Source: the human T2T-CHM13v2.0 reference genome, Homo sapiens
DNA: 64,000 nt
Assembly (NCBI RefSeq): GCF_009914755.1
Contig: NC_060930.1
Reading direction: 5' to 3' (one strand)
Shown: in pieces, positions 1 to 13,433 of the stretch
How the letters are laid out: each line of letters starts with the position of its first letter
Position numbering within the stretch: the stretch's first letter is position 1
The notes under the pieces: model-generated
What the model saw: the letters and a program-made list of their open reading frames with translations, nothing else
Told to the model about the DNA's origin: nothing
Database searches by the model: none
Translations under genes and position numbers: made by a program

Positions 1-1582
1 TGATCGGTTTAAAATCTTAGATTGGCATCTCGGGCTAAGCAGCATGCTCTAGGGGGCAGCCAAGGTGTGATCAGGGAATAGAAACCAGCTTGAGCGCTGG
101 CTGAAGTTTCAGAAAAGACTGAAAGCCTAACTGTAAGAAATTCCCACTGTGAGTCCAGGATCTAACATAGAGGATTTGTAGCTTATCCATTGCTTCAGAG
201 TCACATTTCTACAGCTGCTCATTCACCCAGCCATGTGCTCAGCTCACATGCTTAGAAAATCCTACTCTCCTGTACAAATCAGAATGAGTTTAATGTGTCT
301 TTAGCACTTCAATTACTACCTACCTCAAAGGCAAACAGTGGTGTGATAAATTAACTGAAACTGATTGGAGAACTGGAAACACTAAGGAATAAAAAAGGCA
401 ATTCTGAATAGCACTGGAGTGCATTGTGTCTAATTATGTTTTCCTTAGGCTATTATTAAAATACAATGGAATTCTCTAGAAGCTCAAAAAAAGCTTCCGG
501 TTCCACTGGCCAACTAGGTTGGGGTTTAAATTCTTCACAGATAAGATAAAAGGCATGTCCATATGAATATTAGAGTTGACTGTATTAACATTTTCTTACC
601 AAGCAGCACAAACATAGACTTTCTTTCCACATTTTAAACACACAGCCCCACATGTTGGCACCTCACGAGGATGTGTGCACGTTCTGTTAGGGACCTTATG
701 GTCCTTGTGGACTTAGGGACAACGATCTCGTGGTCAGACCTAATTGCCTCTGAGCTCCTTTTACATTCAGGCCAACAATAGGTGGAGAAATATCATGACT
801 TGCTTGGGTGACCTGTGGGCAGGGGCAGGAGGGAATCCCCAAATCCTGCCCCATCTTTTCAAACTCAGAAACTGAAAAGTAATCCTGTTCTGTGAATTGG
901 GTTAAGTTTGTCAATGGGAAGGACCAACCCCAACACACAAATACTTTCTAAGGAAGCTGAGAATGGGGTGAGGTGAAAATCCCACAGTCACTTACCGGAG
1001 AGAGCAGACCCAGAAGTGTTCTCCAAGGCAGCCTCATTACATCATGAATCAGTGATGAACCAAAGCTATAATGATAGTTTTAATTCTACCTGGGGACTGC
1101 AGGATGACCCAAAAGAAGTAACTGAGCAGCCGGTGGCATGACTCCCTGGTTTACAGTGCCCGGAATCAGCTTTCTTCCTGTTCTTGGTACCAATGTGGCC
1201 TGGGTCAGGAGCTGGCCTAGGCCCATCAAAAGTCCCGCTAAAAGCCCCGCAACCCTCCCTATCTGCACACGCTCACACCCTCCTCAATGTGTTCATCTGG
1301 GTATATGGGAAACAGGGATTTCACCAACAGCTGAATCTGGAGGAACAAAGTGGATTCTCTAACTTCATCTACCTGACATTTTGTGGTTGACCATATATTT
1401 GTTTCCCGATTATCTTTTAAAAAATAAGAAAATTTCAGATTCAAAAGCAGCGAGAAAAAATACAGTGAATCCCCGTAGATCCAAGATGCAGCCTGGCCAA
1501 CCACCAGCTCCCTGGACTTGTCCCACTTATGTCTACAGAAGGAGCTTGTGGATGGTTTTGTACATAACCAGCATACTGTTAG

Positions 1583-2365
1583 TGTTGTGGACTGAATTAT
1601 GTCCTTCCCAAATTCAAATGTTAAGGCCCTACCCCCAAGTGTAACTGTATTTGGAGACAGGGCCTTGATATGGTTCAGCTTTGTGTCCCCACCCAAATCT
1701 CAGGCTCTGTGTCCCTACCCAAATCTCATCTTGGAGCCCTCATAATTCCCATGTGTTGTAGGAGGGACCTGGTGGGAGATGACTGAATTATGGGGGTGGG
1801 TCTTTCCTGTGCTGTTCTCATGATGGTCAATGAGTCTCATGAGATCTGAGAGTTTTAAAAAGGGGAGTTTCCCTGCACAAGCTCTCTCTTTGTTGCCATC
1901 CACGTAAGATGGGGCTTGCTTCTACTTGCCTTCTGCCACGATTGTGAGGCTTCCTCAGCCATGTGGAACTGTAAATTCACTAAACTTCTTTCTTTTGAAA
2001 AATTGCCCAGTCTCAGGTATGTCTTTATCAGCAGTGTGAAAACAGACTAATACAGGCCTTTAAGAGAATAACTGAAGTTAAGTGAGGATAAAAGTGTGGG
2101 GCCCTAATCCAAGAGGACTAGTGTCCTTATAAGAAGACAGAGAGACACCAGAGCTCCATCTTGCTGTCTTTGCACACACAGAAGAAAGGCCACGTGGGGA
2201 CACAGCAAGAACACAGCTGTCTGCAAGTCAAGGCGAGAGCTCTCACCAGGAACCAACCCTGTCAGTACCTTGAACTTGGACTTCCAGCCTCCAGACTGTG
2301 AGAAAATAAATGACTGTTGTTTAAACCACACAGTCTGTAGTATTTTGTTATGATAGCCCTATCAG
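1583..2365 (+). mobile_element. MLT1A/B-type MaLR LTR, split by the THE1 insertion at 1666-2054
   Basis: Begins tgttgtggactgaattatgtcc...gtatttggagacagggcct, resumes ...ggccctaatcc...gtgtccttataagaag, and ends ccagactgtgagaaaataaatgactgttgtttaa. The ends are approximate. Confidence 0.75.
1666..2054 (+). mobile_element. THE1 (ERVL-MaLR) solo LTR
   Basis: TGATATGG...GACTAATACA termini, with a perfect 5-bp TSD ggcct at 1661-1665 and 2055-2059. Confidence 0.9.
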
Positions 2366-2976
2366 ACCAGGATAATTACCATATATAAAAAAGCAGACTT
2401 TAATTCATTAATATCCCAAAAAGATAACTTTTAAAGGGAGCTGACCAGTTCTGATGAAATTTGCTAGACCCCAAGAGTAATTTCAGACACACCAGGAGAC
2501 CAAATCTATGCATCCAATTGCTGTGCTATTTAGTAGCCGATACTACTTTTCAAATGGGTTTCTGTTTTTTGCATGAATAATATCTATAGCTCATAAATCT
2601 ATAGACATAACTGACAGCCTTCCCTCTCCGTAAATGCACTTTAATTGAAAGAGGGATTTTAATTGCCTCCAGTTTCTTTTCTTGCTCTTGCTGTGTGTCT
2701 CTCTGACACAGGAAGTAACTGGACCGGTGTCTTGGAATAAGGATACCTTCATCATTTCCAAGGTGGAGGTTATATAGGGAACAACAGAGAACTGGGGCTA
2801 TCACTTAAACCTTTATCACTGAGCAGAGAAAACAACAACAAAAAACCCAAACAGAATGGACAGTTATTTTCCATGAAAAGAATTCTGAGGCATGGGAATT
2901 TCTTGTTCCTAGATATCTGTCTCTAAGGGGTCAGGTGGGAGAAGCCACCGATAGAGGGAACCACTGTGGCACACAC

Positions 2977-3079
2977 CTGTGGGCGTCCGCGCTGTGAACT
3001 CGGGGTCAAAGTGGAAGGTGTCCTCAGGCCTGCCCACTGCTGGTTTGAACGGTGGCTTGATCTCCTTCCGGTACAGCGT
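2977..3079 (-). CDS. RPS6KA2: RPS6KA2 coding exon (~exon 12), 103 nt: [34 protein letters not shown](D), AGC C-terminal tail/linker
   Basis: Minus strand reads ttaatag|ACGCTGTAC...CCCACAG|gtgtgt and encodes PPFKP and FDPEFT motifs plus the TP site next to the turn motif. Confidence 0.97.
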
Positions 3080-5014
3080 CTATTAATACAAGGAAAGCAA
3101 GACAGGGCACTGAGGATGCACAGACATTGCCACAGAACACTGGGGACAGAGAAACCTGCTGTGGGGAGGGAAGGATGTTCTTATCACAGACTGCATTGGC
3201 CTTGTGGATTACAAGGGATTTCTAAATACTCTGAAATATAGATGGCATAAAATATATTATGTGTAGTATGATAGATACTATGGCATATATAATAACGATG
3301 TATTATAGAAAGGTATAGAAAAGGCATAGTTTGAGGTATGAGGGTTTGGGGACATGCCAAGTGTTCTTCATTTTAGGGCAATAGTTTTCTAGCTTCTTCT
3401 TGGTAGTAGAATCTTCTTTTCCAAGTAAAATCATACAGGACAGCCACCACTTGCCCCCACTGGGGACAGCAGTGAAGAGGCCGTGTGGCTCTCTCCTCCC
3501 TGCCCTGGGACTTTGGGGCCAGCACCACGGAACTTCAGCTCTGCGGGGCACTGCAAAAACCGCCGACCCAGAGCCACCCCAGGGTGCTCTCTTGCCAGTG
3601 TCTCAGGGCCTGTGCTCTGGGGCCTTGGCACCTCTGCCAGAAACCTGCCTTGGGTGTCAGAATGAGGGCGCCCAGGCTCCTCGACAGGAGGACGCCTGCA
3701 TCTGCAGAGAACCGGCCCTTCCCATGCCCCCTCTGGGCCCAAACTTATTTCCCCAACAGGACCTTGGACAGAAGGCACAGAAAGTCCACAGCCCTCTGTG
3801 CTCCGGTCTCAGAGCTGCCTGCCTGACAATGCTTTCCAAAGCTGAGATGTGTTGTTTTCAATCCTCTAGGGCAACAAGGCATTCTGTTGGGAATTCAATG
3901 TAAAGAAAGCACACACAGGTACCTGGAACCTGGCGTAGTCCTCAGGCGGGTGATGCTGCAGGTGGTGCTTAGATGGAGGGAGCCGGGGGAGCCCAGTGCT
4001 GAGAGAAGTGTGGAGGGGGAGGGGCACTGGAGGGAGGACTGGGGCCTGAGGCCTGACTGGAAGGCCGAGGGACCTCCGGGCAGATTCAGTAGAGGATGCT
4101 GGGTTTAGTCAAATCACCCTGACGACAGAAGGCACGGGCCATGCCAGTGTGCTGAGGGGCCAGCCTGGTAGTTAGCAGGGCAGCAGCAGGGCAGGGCCAG
4201 GCTGGGGTCTTGCCCCCCACTGAGCATGGGGTTTCCTTAATCCTGCCTAGGGAGGGTCCCCACGGTGTTCGCAGAAAACATCCAGCCTGGAGTCCTGTCC
4301 TGGGCACTTGTGTGTGACCATCTAGAGCTCAGTTCTGGACTCAGGGACCCTCATGGCCGTGCAGCTCTGGAAAATGGACACAGTGACTCCAGCTAAAACC
4401 TGTTCTACATCTCTGGAAAGCAAATTTCAACACCTCCTCCGATGAGGCCCGACGGGAAGGGAGAGGAGGGAGGAGGGCGTCTGACATCTGGGTCCCACCT
4501 GGGGCACACCCTGCTCTGCTTATCCGGGAGCACCTGGGTCAGAGCCCAGGCCAGAAACCAGGGCCCACAGCTACTGCAGGAGGGCGAGGTGCCAACAGAC
4601 GCCCCCGAGCTCCCCCGGGGGCTTATCAGGCAGCAGGATGTGCCCTGATGTGCAAGAGCTCAGGGCGTGCACGCGGGAACCATCGGAGGAGAAACAGGAT
4701 TGAATTCAGCCCTGAATTATTTGCTCATTTCCTGCCTTGGGGGCATAGATTTCATTAGCACCGAGTTACTCTTCAAGCCATTTTCAGAAATGAAAAGACG
4801 CTGCTTTCTGCAGTGAGGCACAGGACAGGTGGGAATAATCTCCCCAGACACATGTGCTTGCCTGAGGAAGTCTCCTGAGCTGGGAAGCCCAGGCCATCGG
4901 GTGCCACGAACAGGCCAGTGCAGCCCATTCCCCACCCAGAGAGTCCTGAGAGCCGGGCTATTAAGAATCCTGCTGAAGTCAAAATCACATCCTCCCTCTG
5001 TGTGAGAGCAAGCG

Positions 5015-5150
5015 AGGGAGAGAGGTGGAGAGAGAGAGAGAGAGAGATGGGGAGAGATGGGGAGAGAGGGGGTGGGGGGAGAAAGAGACGGAGGGGAGGA
5101 GGGGAGAAATGGGGGAGGGGGAGGGGAAGGGGGTAAGAAAGAGAGAGAGC
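5015..5150 (+). repeat. GA/G-rich polypurine tract
   Basis: About 135 bp of almost pure G/A, with (GA)n and many GGGG runs. Confidence 0.9.
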
Positions 5151-5436
5151 ACGCACTAGCTCGATCCAGCACAGAGCCAGGCCTCCTACTTTTATTATGA
5201 GGAGGAATTTATTTACACAAGAGATTTCCATTAAAAACAAAATAAAATACAAAACTGGTTGTCACGTATTCATTCCAGTGTGAAGTGTTTACCTCCGGAA
5301 AGCAGGGGCCCACATGGCCCCTCTAGCTCCTCTCCTCCGTGCCAGCTCTTCCTCCATCATCCTGGGGACCCATCTTGCCCACCCCTGCCCCTGCCCCACC
5401 ACAGCCTCTGATAAAACCATCCCCAGAGCCTGGTGC

Positions 5437-5640
5437 CCAGTGCTTCTTCATAGAGGGGTTTTGCCCCCACTGGGACATTTGGCAGTGCCCAAAGACACTG
5501 CTGGCTGCCACACCTGTGTGACCGCTGCAGGCTCCCAAGGGGTGGAGGCCAGGGTGTGCAGAACCCAGCCACCCATAACAGCCCCACCACACAGCATCGC
5601 GCAGGTGCCACCCAGGGTGAAGGTGGGAGACCCTGGCCCT
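5437..5640. mobile_element. MER20-like hAT-Charlie DNA transposon remnant
   Basis: cagtgcttct...ttttgccccc..gggacatttggcagtg resembles the MER20 consensus. Confidence 0.6.
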
Positions 5641-8515
5641 GCCTGCTTCCTTCTCTACCTCACCCTTCCTGCCTTGTTTCTGCTCCAACCCTCAAAAGTG
5701 CAACGTCAACCAGCTTCTTCAAGAAGGAGGACTGGATGTTGAGGCGACTGGCCACTGTCCTTGGAACCCCTTCCCCTCCCCATGGAACCCCCGGTGGGGC
5801 AGGGCTGCAGGCTCTGCCTGGCTTCCTACAGGCCACATCCTTCTCCCTCCTCGTCCACCGATGGGGCAGGCACCACAGCCTCGCTTCACAGCTGTCCAGG
5901 AAAGCACAGGCTCTATCTGTGACCACCCTGCCTCTGGAGGCTCACATCCAGAGGCTGTCACCTTCCTGCCTTCTAAGTCAGATTCACAGCCCAGCACTGG
6001 TACTGCTGTGACCTCCTCTGGGCTGAGGCCATCCCACTCCTTTAATACTAAGTATCTGCTGCTAAGTCAGGTCCCGGTTCCCTCCAGCCCAGGACACTGC
6101 GCCTGGGGGCTGGGCTCAGACTTCCCCTGTGCTCTGCCCCATCTGTGCCTAGCCCGGTGCTGCGAGTCACCTGGGATGCCCAGTGAGGAGGTCCTAAGCC
6201 CAGGTAGTCCCGTAGCACTTTTGTACCACACAAATAGCTCCCCCTCACACGGCAGCAGGAGGAAGCCCGCCTCTGCTTTCCCCGTGCTTTCCACCCCTCG
6301 GCTGTGAGCCCAGGCTTTCAGCTCACAGACCCCAACAAGACCAGAGGGAGGCATGCGTGTGAGAGTGGACGGAGCGCTTGCTGAGGGCCAGGGCCTTCCT
6401 TCTGTGCCGCGGGAGCCTTCAGGCAACTGGCCACCCCGTAACATGGGTCCGTGTGCCAACCGCAGCTATGAACACAGCCTGTTCACTGGGGCCTGCAGAC
6501 CACCATGCCCCACCTGCTGGAGGCTGCTGCGTTCTCACTCTGGTCTGGGCCAGGCAGTGAGGTTCTGTGCGGGCCGCCGGTGGCCAACTGGAGCCGGTCA
6601 CTCTGGCCCTTTGGACGGCTTCCTCGAGGCTTGCTGCAATCTTAAAGGCCGGTCAATGTCTTCCTGATGCTGCGTAAACATTTGGAAGGTGCTAATATGT
6701 GTTATTACTGTGTATGCTTTTTCTTTCCATGTGCAAACCTAAGAACGGGTTTGAGGCTTTGGGGGAGAAGTCATCCGGCCTCTTGCTTTGTATGTAAACC
6801 ACTGTAGGCAGGGTTGTGTTGAGAGTGAAACAGCAGCAGCATCTCACCTGGGATTCTGAGCTTAACGAGACAGACACTGGCAATTCTGCCCTGGATCCCC
6901 CCTTTCTGAGACTCTGGGACAATTCATGCCGAAACCGACGAGAGAAAATGCAGTCTCATGATCAAATTCGCCAGGCACATTTAAAATCATCTCATTTGTC
7001 CCAGGATGTCAGAATGACACAGTGTGGCCGCAGGGCTGAAACGAATTTCACGGGAAACAAGCGCACGTGAGGAAGCCCGGAGCAGGCCCATCAGGATTCT
7101 ATTTATACTAAAGACCTTCAGCTAAGTGAGAAGAGGACCGAGACAGCAACAGAAAAACGGGAACTGGGTGATGACATAGGAAACAGATGCTAGTTTGGGG
7201 TCTCAGACCCTAACATCTGCCTTCTGTAGACGGTTTTGGCTTCAGGCATTTTGGAATTAATACGCTCCAATAAGGCAAAGGGCACATTTATAGATTATTC
7301 CTAAAATAATAATGCAAAAATATGCAGACCAGAGAGAAGACAGGATCGAAAGCGCCGCAGGAAGAATCTAAACGATTTTCAAAGCGTCACGATGGGTGTG
7401 ACAGGTCAGTGGCTCATGGAGCGGGACTGTGCCTGCAGTTTACCCGGCTGTAGGTGGGTCCAACAGAAGAAGCACCTGAAGGGTGATGATTCATTGCACA
7501 GAGTCCTTGCTGGGTTCCCTGAAGGGGGAGTGCTCCTAGTGTATATAATGTAGGAATAAAAGGATAGAAATCTCGCTGCTGGCAATGGGAGCAACAGCTG
7601 CATGGAGACGCCTGTGCTGTGAGGCCCTGACCCGCAGCCTACAGCTCCCACACCCCCAAACCACTCTCTGCGCCATACTGCAAATACTCCACTTGTGGGC
7701 AAGAAGACCAAAGTGGCCTGAAGACCCGGAACCCACCCTCTGCTCCTGCCAGGACACACAACAGCCAAGTTCAGGGCACACCCCACGCGCTGCCAGATCA
7801 CCGAGCGACCTCAAGCTTCTCATTGTCCTGTGCCTCAGTCTCCTCTACAAGTTTCTCCCATCTCACAGCATCACAGCTAATGGTGTGCTTGGAAGGGTTT
7901 CAAACTGTACAAAGAACATAAACATGAGCTACTAGTATTGATCATGAATAACGAATAACAGTAATAATAAGAGTCAGTGCAATACTAAGGGTCTAGGCCC
8001 TGGACAGAGTTCCAGAAACAAAGATGTCCCTCCCTGGTGACTGTGTGTCTCCAGCATCATCATTCACTGCCTGTAATAATATTTGCAGTTCCCTGGGTCC
8101 CCCTGCAAGGGACGCCAGGCTGGGCTGGGAGCCGTCCTCAGACTGGCTTGTGCTGTCTGCAGTGATTAACTTTTACGAAGCTTTTTTTGGGTTCGTGCTA
8201 ATTCTGTGTTCTCAGCATGCTTCAGCCACGGGGGAAAAACCAACACAGCTTCTATCTGCTGGACTCTGCCGTATCCTCTGCAGAGGTTTGTAGTCCGATC
8301 ATTAACTCGTGGCTTCTCACTCAGCTCATCAAGCAGAGCTGGCCTTCAGAAGGAATGGCTCCCGTGCAGACGTTCACTCGCTCATCTCTGAAGCTAAATT
8401 AAAAGGCAGCAGCCCACACCTCCACCGTCCCCACACTTACTGTCAGCAGATGGGTCCTGCTCCAGCAGGCCACTGAAGACCCCGGGGACAGCAGTGGGAT
8501 GACAGGTGTTTACTT

Positions 8516-8548
8516 AAAAAAATAAATAAATAAATAAATAAATAAAAA
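8516..8548. repeat. (AAAT)n microsatellite
   Basis: aaaaaaataaataaataaataaataaataaaaa. Confidence 0.9.
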
Positions 8549-10231
8549 GATCTGCTGGCAGTATCGGATCACAGAGAGCAGCAGAAAGCAAAATAAATAT
8601 CCTAATATTTTCCCAGTTGGATCCTGAGGCAAGCCATTGGGTGAAGTACCCAGGCAGAAATCTAGTGGTTAGGAAATGTCTTCTCATTCGTCATTAAGGA
8701 GTGTCTGCATTGCAGAGGGAACGGCTTTTGGTGTTAACAGTTCTTGCAAATGAGGCTGAACTGTGGTTTTCAGTTTTCTGAGCTGCCGAAAAGCAGAATG
8801 GGCACATCTGGACAAATACATCACGGAGTAAAATTACCCCTTAAATAAATACCTTTAAACATCTTGCATTTTAGCCCCTGCTTTCTGAAGAATGGGTTGA
8901 TGGCTTGCCTGGATGTGTTATTGGGGTTTGAGGTTAGCCATGAAGACACATGGGCTGCTACTGGGGCCGCAGACACAGGAGAACACACGGGCAAACTTGA
9001 CTCATGAGAGAGGATCAGCTGAGATGGGGGGACCACTGGACTCATCCTAGCAAGATGTTGACAGCTTCTAAGACCATCACGGAGCGGGACTGTGCCTGCA
9101 GTTTACGCGGTGTCCTGAACACGGTGTTTTCATGCCTACACATCTTTGCTGGAAGCATCCTTCTTCTCCTCCTTCTGCCCCTCTGCTGGTTAATTCCACT
9201 CGCCCTCTTTCAGGCATCATTTCTCTCTCTTTCTGCTGGCCACTTTCACTGTGCACAAACCTCTTCCATCGGTGGATGATGGCGTTATGGGACAGCAGAC
9301 TCCTCAGTCTGTGAGCAGCTGGAGGACGGGGCTCTGCGTTCCAGCTGTGACGTCATGGACATGGACACTTTGCTGGTGCACCACCAGGGTGAGCACCAAG
9401 CGTTATTTATCAAATGCATGAATTAATGCAAAAGTGGCATTTCTGAGCTCTTCTGCCACTCACGGGCTGTGTGGGTTCAGGGCGCTGGGCAGAACAAGAG
9501 CCTGCCATTCCTCTAGCACTGCTGCCTGCCTTCCTCTGGGAAGTACAGACATGAAGGAAACACGCCTGGTTCTGATCAATCACAAGGACCTCTCTCAAAA
9601 CGAAAACAAGGCCAAAATAAAATCAAATTAAGTGCTAAGAGCAACAAAAGGAACTTCTCAGCTCTGATTCTAGTCTGATTCCTTTGAAATCACGCAGAAA
9701 TGCCACCTTCTTGGGTTGTGTTTGCTTTCCAGCCACAGGGAGACCAGAGCACCCTGAGCAGAGGCGCTGTGTAGAGAAGGCTCTTATTGCCACAGGAAAA
9801 AGGCGGCTTCTGCTCAGAGCTCGCCGGACCTCAGCATTCTGGAATGCACATTAATCTAATGTGTCATAGTTTTCCAAATCCATCGTATTGTTAAAATTCC
9901 AGGCATCTCACAAGGTTGTCTTAGCAAGTGCGTAAGCCCTTCTGGGCCATGCATACTTTGGAGTGGCTCCACTCTTGGCTGAGTGCTCTGTGTTGCACTG
10001 TGTCACCTGGGGGTTCGGTGTGAAGAGACTTCTCTTTCCTACCAGCTGCAGCCCTCAGGGTCTCCCATCCCAGGATGCTGCCCTGCCCACCTGCAGCTCC
10101 CCCTCCCAGCCCAGCAATCCTGGTTCTCCATTCTCCCAGGCATGGTCTCTGGAGGAAGGACTAGAGTGTGAGAGTGAGGAAATGGAGGGGGCAAGTCTCC
10201 CTCGACAGCTGTGACTCCTGTCTTGAGAGTC

Positions 10232-10790
10232 TCACTCATTCATTCACTGATTCATTCACTGACTTACTGACTCATTCACTCACTTATTCACTGATTCACT
10301 GACTCATTCACTTATTCATTTGCTCGTTCACTCACTCCCTCATTCACTCACTCCCTCACTCACTCATTCACTAACTCACTCACTGACTCCCTTACTCATT
10401 CACTCACTCACTCATTCACTCACTCCCTCATTCACTCATTCCTTCACTCACTCCCTCACTTGTTGACTCACTCATTAACTCACTCCCTTACTCATTCATG
10501 CACTCCCTCACTCATTAACTCACTCACTCCTTTACTCATTCATTCACTCATTCATTCACTTCCTCACTCATTCACTCACTCATTGACTCACTGACTCATT
10601 CACTCACTCCCTCACTCATTCACTCTCTAACTCACTCCCTCATTCACTCACTCCCTCACTCATTAACTCATTCATTCACTCACTCATTAACTCACTCACT
10701 CACTCCCTTACTCATTCACTCACTCACTCATTCATTCACTCCCTCACTCATTCACTCCCTCCTTCCCTCACTCATCCATTCACTCACTCA
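10232..10790. repeat. Degenerate (CACT/CATT)n tetranucleotide array, about 560 bp
   Basis: Continuous tcactcattcactcactccc-type units. Confidence 0.95.
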
Positions 10791-11160
10791 GTAGGGATTC
10801 ATAAAGTGCCTCCTTTGAGCCAGGCCCTGTTTTAGAGCTGTGGGATACACCTCTAAGCCACAGATTCCTGATCTTGCAGCTTACATTCTAGTGGCAGGAG
10901 ACAGAAAATAATAATATACATCAGAAACACATGGTATTTTGAGGCGAGTCAGAAAGTGATAAGGGATATGAAAACAGAGCAAGGCCGGGGGCTGGGGTGC
11001 TGGGAGAGGAGCTGCAGTTTGGAAGAGCCGCAGGACAGGTCTCATAAGATGACACTGAATGGCAGACTGGAAGGAGGAGACCAGTGAGCCCTTGGGAGAC
11101 TTGGGCAGGAGGGGCCCTGGAAGCCAGACCAGCTGGAGCCAGTGCTTGGGGGGAACCTGT
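10791..11160 (-). mobile_element. L2 3' remnant adjoining the CATT array
   Basis: gtgcctcctttgagccaggccctgttttagagctgtgggatacac...cttacattctagtggcaggagacag resembles the antisense L2 3' end. Confidence 0.6.
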
Positions 11161-12109
11161 TCCATGGAGGCATGGGAAGGAGGCTCCGTGAGGATGGGAG
11201 GGGTGAGGTGTGGCTGTCCTGACCACTTTCGTGTGCTTCTCCATCTGTCCCCTGCTGCATCCTCCTTGTCAGCACAGTGTCCTCCTGTGACATGTGCAGA
11301 CCCATCTGTCCACCGCCTTTCTCTGCCAAGTCATCACAAGACCCACGGGTGCAGGACTTTGTTCCATCTACGGCTCTATCCCCAGCCCTGGAAAGTGCCT
11401 GAGACTGGGACGCCCAGCAGAAAGGGCTGGATAAATGGAGAAGCAGATCATACGGGGAGAAGCTGTGTGGTCCCACCTTAACCACTGGCAGGCAGGGGAG
11501 GGGATGCAACATGCTGTGACCCCCTGAGGGGCAGGCATCTGGGTTCCAGGCACAGTGCTGTGCTAACCATCCACAGGCTGACACCCAGGTCCATTCTTCA
11601 TGAAACAGGCTTGCCTGAGATCTAAACGCCGTGTAAGGTGAAGTCTCCATAGAAAATACATTCCAACGCAGAGTCGAATGACAGTGACCTTAGGTGCCCA
11701 TCTGTGAGGTGAGCACAGCCTGAGCTTCTGATAAGCCTAAATTTTCAGGGAAGCTAAGTAAGAGACTCCAAAGGGAGGCCTTGGTTTTCATTTCTTGGAG
11801 GTCCTGGTTGGGAGGCACAGATGTCCTGAAACTTTACACTCTTTTCTCTAATCTTACTTTCGAAAAGAAGTCTAATCTTACGAAAGTTCTTTAGTCAGAA
11901 CTGTAAAACTAGGTTTTAAAAAGTTATCACTCTTCCCCAGTTTGAGTGCTTTGCTGGGGCTCAGGCTGAAGGAAGAGGAGAGCTGGCTGGTTTTATCCAG
12001 CACTGGTGTTACACATTCCCAGAGGAGAGGTCTGGGGCTGCAGGTGGGGCCCACCTCTTAATGAAATGCGTGGAGGCCCCGGACTCCATGAGGACATAAA
12101 GAAGACAGA

Positions 12110-12462
<353 letters not shown>

Positions 12463-13368
12463 TTAAAAAGTGTTCCATTAAAATCTTTTGAGGTTAATTT
12501 GTTAGGTCAGGAAAAGAAAATCCCAACATAGCTGTTTTTGTGTTAACCTAAAGGAAAGAGCTGAAAGCAACTGATAGGAAAGGAGGTATCGCCTTCCTCA
12601 GATGGAAGGAACAGCCTCCGAGTTTTAGCCGCGAGAACTCCCTGTGTGGGGGACGCGTCAGACGCTGACTGCTTCACCATTCGGAGTTGGCGTCTTGGCA
12701 GAAATAGGCAATTGACACTTGTAGCTTGGTGAAAAGTGAGATACGAGAACTTCTCAGACAATGTCCAGCCTGGCCCAGAGAACTGGAAATGGAGGCTTTA
12801 CCAATAACTCCACTAACAGAAGCTCCAGTTTATTCCAACAACTCGGCACTGTTGTTTTTTTTTTTTTTTTTTAAATGTGACTTCCACGTGGGCATCAGCT
12901 TGACTAACGATGGAAAATGCAGTATCGAATCTGGGCCTGCCCATAGCCCTAGCACTAAAGGGTCCTGGTTGAGCAGCTTGTCATGACTTTTGTCTGTTCA
13001 GCCCTTGAGGTTAGAAGACAGTCACTCCTGGAGCAATCGGGAATATGCAGGGCTCGGAGAGGCCGGGGAGTGGGTGCAGGGAGGACAGAAGCCTCGACTC
13101 TGATGGGCAGAGGAGAGTAGAAGGAGGAAAGCTGAGGGGACTTCAGGCCTCAAGCTGGAGGGAGGGGCACTCACGTGTCTGTGCCTCCCAAGTTGCCAGC
13201 CCGCTCAGCAGGGTCCTGGGGGCTCCCTGCCTGCAGGTGGCTTGTCTACATTCACCTCCGACCTACTTGTGACCCGGACACTGAGGACCCTCTGCACCAA
13301 GCCGTATGTTCCCTCCACCCACTTCTGTGTCACGCGTGTGCAGGTGGGGACTGTGGCATGCAACTTAC

Positions 13369-13433
13369 GTTCCAGTCTATGGTCACAAAGAAGGGATGGC
13401 GCTTAATTTCCTCCACTCCGTCAATGCCAGCAC
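13369..13433 (-). CDS. RPS6KA2: RPS6KA2 coding exon (~exon 11), 65 nt: AGIDGVEEIKRHPFFVTIDWN (end of the N-terminal kinase domain)
   Basis: Minus strand reads ttgacag|GTGCTGGC...TGGAAC|gtaagt and encodes the AGC-kinase EIKxHPFF..IDW motif. Confidence 0.97.
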
